Assembly: GCF_001194135.2 (NCBI RefSeq)
Contig: NC_068986.1
Span: 34,394,981-34,451,442, forward strand
Source: Octopus bimaculoides
Taxonomy: Eukaryota
Length of the DNA: 56,462 nt
Direction: 5' to 3'
Part shown: one piece after another, positions 48,751 through 56,462 of the stretch
Numbering within the stretch: position 1 is the first letter of the stretch
How the letters are laid out: each line of letters opens with the position of its first letter
Program-made: the position numbers and the translations under genes
The notes under the pieces: generated by a model
Seen by the model: only the letters and a program-made list of their open reading frames with translations
The model's database searches: none
Told to the model about the DNA's origin: nothing

Positions 48751-49980
48751 NNNNNNNNNNCTTCAGAATTCAACTGTAAGTGAATTACATTGCATAGCAG
48801 AAACAGCTTTAAGCTAATGAAGTCCATTAAACAAAATCTTTTTCCTTTATCATTTATATAATTGCTTATTATGCTCTTTATCTCTCACTGTGTGCGTGTG
48901 TGTGTGTGCGCGCGCGCGCGCGCTTCAAATGTCTGAAATTGGATGTAAATGTGGTTGTTTGCTGTGAGGAATCTCTGCCTGTTTCTTCAAGTTTACATGT
49001 GTTTAAACCTAAGTCAACCTTTTGGCACACCTTAGCTGTGAAACCTGGCAATTCTTCACAGATGGCTTATAGTTTGTTCTCTGATAGGAAAGACCCTTTT
49101 CTATTGAATCAAAATTATCTTATTCCACTTCTTCGTCAGCAAAGGCAAAATTACCAATAGTTAGATTACCTTCTCCTGCCACCCATTAACTCCCTGTCTA
49201 ACTTCCTTTTTCTTCTCTTCCTCCTTTACCTCTTTTTTCACCTCTCCCCGCTCACTCTCTCTTCTTTCTCCCTATTGCCACCCCTTTTATTATTTCATTC
49301 TGCTGATGTGATATGATGTGATGTGATGTTATCATAAGCAATTATGTTAAGTTTGATTCATCGCATCCCAATGTCCATTCGTTAATCTGTTTGCATGCAT
49401 GTATGTGAGAAAGAGAGAGAGAGAGACAAAGAAACTGAGAGACATGCAAAGCAAACGGTATAGAAAGATACAGAGTAAGGCGGAGGGAGAGAGAGAGAGA
49501 GAGAGAACGAAAGGGTTCATTTCTTGTTTTAAACAACACTTGTGTTGGATTAACAAGCGACAAAGACTGGCAAGGGTGCTGACGATAATGATGATAATAA
49601 ATAAATAGTTAAACAAAATCATTACACATTTTAAAAGTAATTTTTGTGAACATTTAATTGTTTCAGATTCAAGGTGTCAAAATATTCCCTCAAGATTTCC
49701 TTCGCTCTTAAACTTCCCCACACCTTTTTCTTTTTTCTTTTTCTTTTTTTTTACTTTCTTTCTCCTCTATTTTATTTCAAATATAAACAATGATAAAGAA
49801 AATGAGATGCTTATCATAGAAGGCCTTTTGCAAACCCACCACCATCAACACTTTTTAAAAAATATTTTTATCGCATCCTTTTTTTTTATTTCTCTCCCTT
49901 TTATCTCTGTAGTTATTATTTTGCATACCTGTTTTTTTTTTTAATATTTCGGTTTTACAGAAAATACCACAAAAAGAAAG

Positions 49981-50028
<48 letters not shown>

Positions 50029-50629
50029 TAATAACAACAACAACAAAGAAATTAACAGCAAAAAAAAAAAAGTTTAAAATAAACAAATTTTCGGGTGTGT
50101 GTTTATTTATTTATTTACTTATTTATTTTTTTCCCTTCTGAAATTATGTTTGGTAAATTAAGTGTTAATTAAAATATTAAATTAAAAGAAAGTGTTCATT
50201 TCCTCCTTATAACTTTCAAGCTTGTGGTTTTTCTTAATCAGAAGATACTTTCTGCGATTCCTCCACCACCACCACCACCACATCACCCCCCTCCATACTG
50301 ACGCTTACTTGTTGCTGTAATAATAATGATGATGATGATGTTTGATTCCTTAGATAAAAAAGAAAAGAAAAGAAAATTGAGAGATGGAGAATAGAGGTAG
50401 ACAGTACCTTTGAAAGTGCGTGTGTGTGTGTGTGTGTTCCATAACAAAATTAACATGAAACACTTTGTTTTGTTTTTTTTTGTATGAGCTTTTCCTGTCT
50501 TATAATTATTTCGTCTACTTTAAGGTCTGTTTGTTTTATTTGCCCCCCTTTTTTAAAGATTTAACATCAACAAGAACAAAGTGTGGACTTAATGTGACAT
50601 GTTAATAACATTTCAACATTTGTACTTAC

Positions 50630-50668
50630 TTGCTATACTGTCTTCATCCCTCGTGTAACATTCTTGCT
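50630..50668 (-). CDS. Candidate 39-nt exon (QECYTRDEDSIA, phase 1-1)
   Basis: Acceptor CTTTACTACATTTAATAG|, donor CAA|GTAAGT, 3n length, one open frame. Confidence 0.22.
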
Positions 50669-50814
50669 CTATTAAATGTAGTAAAGTTTGCAAAATTTGG
50701 AAACGGTTTAATTTCCAAATTAAGATGAGAAGAATCTCAGTATGTCAAGGAAATCCTTTCGTGGGTAAGAGGGTTTTGCTTAAAACGCTAAGAGTTTTTT
50801 TCTTTCTTCTTCTT

Positions 50815-50942
50815 GGGTGCAGGCGTTGTGTGGTAAAATGCTTGCTTCTCACCCAAATGGTTCCGAGTTCGGTCCTACTGTGTGGTACTTTGGGAAAGTG
50901 TCTTCCACTAAAGTCTCAGGTCAACCAAAGCCTTGTGAGCAC
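50815..50942 (+). mobile_element. SINE A 5' half
   Basis: GTGTGGTAAAATGCTTGC..GGTTCCGAGTTCGGTCC..CAAAGCCTTGTGAG. Confidence 0.8.
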
Positions 50943-51239
50943 TGACATCAGCCTTGTCTTTCATCATTATTATTCCGAGGTCAAGCTGGCATTTTTCACT
51001 CACAGATCTATGTTTTTAGGTTACCACCAACTAGAATTTTTATCGAGACACCATCTCTACTAAGGCAGCAGAGGCCTTGCTTTCCTGGTTTTGAAATCTG
51101 AGTGGTCCTTCTCCTAAGCTGCTTGCTATCTATGGCCAATGAGTACAGCCTACCTGGAGGACTGGCTATTTGAAGGCACCAGACACTTGCCTTTTTACTC
51201 CCTTCTTCTGCTTGTTTGGTGAAGGAGTCGGGCTTCACT

Positions 51240-51684
51240 GTCAGTTGGCAGAATCGTTAACATGCTGGGCAAAATGCTTAGTGGCATTTTGTTTGTCTTA
51301 ACATTCTGAGTTCAAATTTTGCTGAGATCGACTTTACCTTTCATCCTTTCAGGGTCAATAAATTGAGTAGTGGTGAAACCCTGGAGTTGACGTAATTGAC
51401 TAGTCCTCTACCCCCAAATTTCAAGCCTTGTCCCTTTAGTAGAAAGGATTATTATTATATAAAAAAAAAAAGGCAGTGAGCTGGCAGACTCGTTAGCAAA
51501 CCAGGCGAAATGCTAATCTATATTTCGTCCATCTTCACATTCTGAGTTCAAATTCTGTTAAGGTCAACTTTGCCTCTCATTCTTTCGGGGAAATACTGGG
51601 GTTGATGTAATCGGCTTGTCCCCTCCCCCAAAATTTCAGGCTTTGTGCATATAGTAGAAAGGATTATTATTATTATTATTTATT
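51240..51684 (+). mobile_element. Head-to-tail dimer of SINE B
   Basis: Copies 51240-51460 and 51471-51684, each with GTAGAAAGGATTATTATT tail. Confidence 0.92.
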
Positions 51685-52494
51685 GAATGAATTTAACCCG
51701 ATGTTTGTATATTCCAGTTTAATGCATTGCTGTTCAATATTCAGCTCCATCTGGTGTCAAAATGACCTATAATCAATAAAATAGATACCATGAGCATGTC
51801 TAAGCTTAAGTGTTTTGTCTCACATTCATTTTTATACGCTTGCATGGGTTAGGCAGACCTCTTATTTTCTTATAGCTATGAAGGAACAAAGTGAGTGGAA
51901 GGAGAGCTGACAGCTACGATATTGCTTATACATCGTGACTTTTCAGAGAAGTGAAAATAATAAGACACACATTTAAAATGTAAACAATGATAAAGAAAAT
52001 GTATACATATATATATATGTGTGTGTGTATAATTATATATACACATGCAAATACACTTACACTCACACACTTGTACCAATGATGGTCTTCTTTTAGTTTC
52101 CCTCTACCAAATCGACAAAGGCTTTGGGTCATTGATAGACGATCCTTGACCAAGGCGCCACATAGTGGAATTGAACCTGAAAGTACATGGTTGTGAAGCT
52201 AACATTATGTAAATATATTGACATTGTTAATCTGATTGACATACAAAATTGAATTTGCCTGTCATCAGAAGTCATCGTTCTAGTTTAGTAGTCAGCCGCA
52301 AGTGAAACCTCTTATCATAAGTAAACCTATTGTCTTGGTGTAAGTCGATCAGGATCAATGGTTTCCAATTATTTTGATTTCATGATGCACTGGAGATCAA
52401 ATAAAAAAATGATTAGTGGCACACTTTGCGTATAACTTTAAAAAAATAACATTCCAAAGTTAAAAATTAAGGAAGAAATATAGAAAAAAATATA

Positions 52495-52660
52495 AGTGCA
52501 GGCATGGCTGTGTGGTAAGACGTTTGCTTTCCAACCACATGATTCCATGTTCTGTCCCTCTGTGTGGCACCTTTGGCAAGTGTTTTTTTTTTTATTGCCT
52601 TGGGCTGATCAGAGCTTTGTGAGTGGAATTGGTAGACAGAAATTGAAAGAGGTCCATCGC
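52495..52660 (+). mobile_element. SINE A 5' half
   Basis: GGCATGGCTGTGTGGTAAG..GGCACCTTTGGCAAGTG..GAAATTGAAAGAGG. Confidence 0.85.
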
Positions 52661-52779
52661 GTGTGTAATGCTGTTGGCAAAGAAGCAATGCGCTTTCTTA
52701 AAAGATCTTGATTATTCACTTTCCTCTTAGCTCCACCTGAGGCTGACTTCCATTGCTATCTTCCATTGCTATCATTTTG

Positions 52780-53040
52780 TCTTAGAACATACTACATTAC
52801 ACCTTTCTTGGTCTTCTATTCAGTCTTTTCCCTTCTTCCAGTGTTAATTCCATCATGACGGTGTCATGTCTTTCCTGCGGTAATCAAAGCACATGGCCAA
52901 TAAACCATATTTGCCGCTTATCCACCATGACCTGCAATCTTCCCATGCCAGCTCTTCTCATCATCTCTTTGTTTCCCACTTTGTCTCAGTAATAGAAGCC
53001 CAAGATTGAATGTAAACAGCTTCAAAGGAATAGGTCCAGC
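52780..53040 (-). mobile_element. Old RTE-clade LINE ORF C-terminal remnant
   Basis: DKVGNKEMMRRAGM..KRQIWFIGHVL*LPQER..GKRLNRRPRKV resembles RTE RLRWAGHV.RM...GKR..GRPKKTW. Confidence 0.65.
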
Positions 53041-53429
53041 AATTGAGAAATCTTCACTATCTTCTTCTGGGTTTTACAGTCAGTTATAGATGGTAACAAT
53101 AGAGGAGTATAGCTGCAGCCTTATCTTCTAAGATGTGAAGGTGGTATAGACAGGAGGTCTTTGATCATAGAATTAAAAACAACAAAGAACATATTTACTG
53201 AGAGTAGGTGTTCCTTCCACGCCTTTACATCTTTTTATCTAATTAAGTTTGTTTGTGAATAAATGAAATCAAGGATATTTCAAGTTTTGTGTCAGATGGA
53301 AGTGATAGAAGAGATTATAGTGTTGATGTCTACGATCATATTTTATAATAACTAAAGGTTTTATGATTTATTTAGCTAAAAATATTCTGAGGTTGTATTC
53401 TCATACATACATACACATTGGATGTGTGC

Positions 53430-53550
53430 GTTCATTTGTTTAACCTCCATTTTTTCCATGCTTGCATGAGGTAGATGAGTAGTTATTTGAAGCAGGATTT
53501 TATAGCTGGATACTCTTCCTGTCATCATAACCCTTACCTGTTTTACAAGT
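53430..53550 (-). mobile_element. A2/RTE-type tail fragment
   Basis: TTTCCATGCTTGCATG..ATAGCTGGATACTCTTCCTGTCATC. Confidence 0.7.
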
Positions 53551-54154
53551 AAAGGTTTCTTTTTTTTCTTCTTTTTATTCTCAAGGTATTTAAAAGTGCA
53601 GAGCAATCAGTTGTAACATCAAAGGGGAATGTTGACATTAACCAAAACTTTGCTCAACTGGTGACAAAGCAAGGAATGCCAACATACTTGCACATTTATG
53701 CACATGAAAACACATACATGCACACTCTCATGATAAGCTTCTTGCAATTCTCTCTCCCAAATTCACTCACTAAATATTGCCTGGCCTGAAATTACTGTTA
53801 CAGAAGACAATTACGCAAACCACATAGTTAACAAGTGAACTTCTTAACGACACACACACATACACAATACCAATTCAGTCCTCCTTCCTCAGAATATTGA
53901 CTCATTGGAATACCCTCCTGCTTAATTTTTCTCTGCAGCAGCTATCAGCTTATAATTTATCCAAGTTGGACATTAACCATCTTGTTGATGGAGGCCTGTG
54001 ATAGGCCATGAGCATAAACCTATTTTCCCAGACCAAAGCATTAAGAAAAAGAAAACAAAAGACAATGTATACATATGTTTACTTACACTTATATATTTAT
54101 AGGTATTAAAGAGGTTAATAACAAAATGGCATTACAGAGAGAAAATATTCACAC

Positions 54155-54470
54155 TGTGGCTGTGTGGTAAGAAGCTTACTTCCAAACCACATTATTCCAG
54201 ATTCAATCCCACTGCGTGGTACCTTGAGCAAGTGTCTTCTACTATAGCCTTGGGCTGATCAAACTGAAAGAAGCCTGTCATGTGTGTGTTTGACAGCCAA
54301 TACTGGTGTGTTTATGTCCCTGTGACTTAGTTCGGCAAAAGTGACCAATAGAATAACTACTAGGCTTAAAAAGAATAAAGTCCTGGGGTCAAGTTCTTCG
54401 ACTGAAACCCTTTAAGGTGGTGCTCCAGCATGGCTGCAGTCAAATGACGGATACAAGCAAAAGAATTAAA
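54155..54470 (+). mobile_element. SINE A1 with short internal deletion
   Basis: Head, CORE, 3' domain and GCTCCAGCATGGCTGCAGTCAAATGAC tail. Confidence 0.9.
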
Positions 54471-54510
54471 AAACATACAGGTATTATTTATATATATGTA
54501 CAGAGCACAG

Positions 54511-54571
<61 letters not shown>

Positions 54572-54930
54572 CCCATACTAGCATGGTAAAAACGATGTAA
54601 GATGAAGGAAGGAAGCATACATAGATATGTGTGCTCGTATTTACAGGACACACATAATATAGAAAATGATTTGTGTATGCAATCTGTGTTTCATTACACT
54701 TTACAATGTTTACGCGTAATGTATTATACATACATATAAATGCGGAGATTGCACAGAACGACAATATACATGCAAATATATTGAATATCACACATGCTGT
54801 GAAGTAGCATATATAAATTAAATTACATGCGGATTAGCATGTACTTGTACTGCATATATACAAATGCGTGTAATTTTGTTCATCTTCATGTGAAGATATT
54901 ACAGCAAGTGTGATATATGTATGTTATGTA

Positions 54931-54967
<37 letters not shown>

Positions 54968-56462
54968 TACATTTTCCTTTTTTGCGTCATCTGGCCCACT
55001 ACTGGTTGAAGCCTGGCTACGCTGTGTGTGTTCGCTATGTCTACATGTATTCATGCACACATGCAGACTATCATGTTTTAGATCTTTAGATATCTGCATT
55101 TGTGTTTGTGTGTGAGTATGTGTGTCTGCATGCATGCTATTGGATCTTACTCTTGCAAGCAAGCATTTATGGTTTCTATGTATGAGTGAGTGAGTGTGTC
55201 TGTCATCGAGTGAGTGGGTGCACAAGTATACAGTGTTAAATGTAGTTAGTCATCTTTTACATGGACACTAGGACAATCATGTGTCCACACAGCCTAAGAC
55301 ATACTCAGCCACATACTGACTTGTATGGAAGTAGACGTATGTAGATAGACAGAGGTACTTAAGTTCCCTTCCAGACTAGACATAAGGTTTCCTCTCACCA
55401 CCAACGCCACACTCCCAGTGCACTCAAATGCACACACGCACACTCACATAAACACAATCGCACACACACACTTCTGTTTCTGTGATGTCTCCCCGGTGCC
55501 TGTTTACTACTTGTCTTCCAACTTTATTCATCATTTGTAACTTAACATCAGCTGTTTTTGTCACCTTTGTTGGAAGTATTGAGTTGTATGGTTTTTCATG
55601 ATTCCATTTCATCTGTTAACACTCTTCCTACGCGCATTCCGCTACTCAGGATGCAAACTTCACACGTACACAGCACTCTGAGTGCAACCTCCCCCCTCTC
55701 TCTGTTACTCCTTACCTTCCTCGCCTTTCTTCCCGCCACCCCTCCCTACCTTCAATTTGCTCTTGCTCCCCCCCTCTCTCTCTCTGGTTCATTTTCTTTC
55801 TTCTTTCCTTCTCTACCAACCTTCTTTACTTTATTTCTTTTTAATGTATGGATGTCATCTCGCTTTGTCTCCTTTCTCATCTATGTCTGAAAGTAAGAAA
55901 TCATTACGTATTCACAGGATTTCACACACGAATGCACATACACACTGAGCACACACACACACATGCCTACATGTGTATACGCACGCACACACACACATAC
56001 ACATGCGTGCGCACACATTCATATATATATATTGTATATGTGATACAACTGTGCGTCTGTTTTATTGGTTTTGTATTGTGTAATTGTGTGCGTGTGTTTA
56101 ACATTTATAATGAAACGAGAAGGAAAGGCCATGTATTTCAAATGGTTCATATTTATACACAAAATGAGAGAAAAAAGGCAAAATAGAATGTGGAATTGTG
56201 GGTGGAGTAATCGGGCATTGTAATAAACCATTCTGACATTTGACACTTTTTTTTTTTAAATTGCGCCCCCTCCATTTTTTTATTGATTATGTATGCACTG
56301 TCTTTCTTGTCACTAGAAACTGGATCTTTTGGGCTGGCTTGCGTCACACATGTTACTCATAATTTCTCTTAGTTCTCCTCCCCCTCCACCACAACCACCA
56401 CCTTCCCCCTAGAAGTCTTTAACTGTAGTTGGGCTTTGTATGGTGAAAAGGGGGAGAGAGAG

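Noticed and set aside
48761-48781. CAG|AATTCAACT|GTAAGT possible 9-nt microexon
   Set aside because: Upstream context is an N gap, so the acceptor tract cannot be evaluated
52747-52772. 13-bp tandem duplication CTTCCATTGCTAT
   Set aside because: Ordinary slippage duplication; no enclosed element, so not a TSD
55510-55590. CTTCCAAC...GTTGGAAG inverted pair (possible pre-miRNA)
   Set aside because: Only about 8 bp pair contiguously and the large loop does not pair

Overview
AT-rich eukaryotic draft-assembly scaffold with about 20 N gaps, most of them next to microsatellites. From memory of the repeat families it is very probably an octopus (coleoid cephalopod) genome; this is inference, with no database search. 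There is no intact long gene, no rRNA or tRNA gene, and no CRISPR array. Nearly all long ORFs in the track are (AT)n, (GT)n or (GA)n microsatellite or N-gap artefacts. The window is dominated by microsatellites and tRNA-derived SINEs, which I label A1, A2, B and E, plus another non-LTR repeat (D); these labels are mine. It also holds decayed LINEs (CR1-type RT; RTE 3' ends including one young-looking 5'-truncated copy), a near full-length DD34D mariner, an internally deleted DD37D maT-type element, hAT-like and piggyBac-like MITEs, and a Penelope-like terminal fragment. The best non-repeat signals are a CpG-rich candidate promoter near 3.27 kb (ETS + GC box + G4) and two tandem 54-nt, phase-compatible candidate exons at 30371-30424 and 30856-30909. 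The most interesting structural signals are: modular SINEs that swap 3' halves at an internal microsatellite hinge and share a tail with an RTE LINE in the window; a circularly permuted SINE-derived tandem array (17.5-18.1 kb) explainable by a GGTTCAG microhomology; and two fold-back inverted repeats beside gaps. SINE boundaries are hand-read and approximate (about +/-10 nt).
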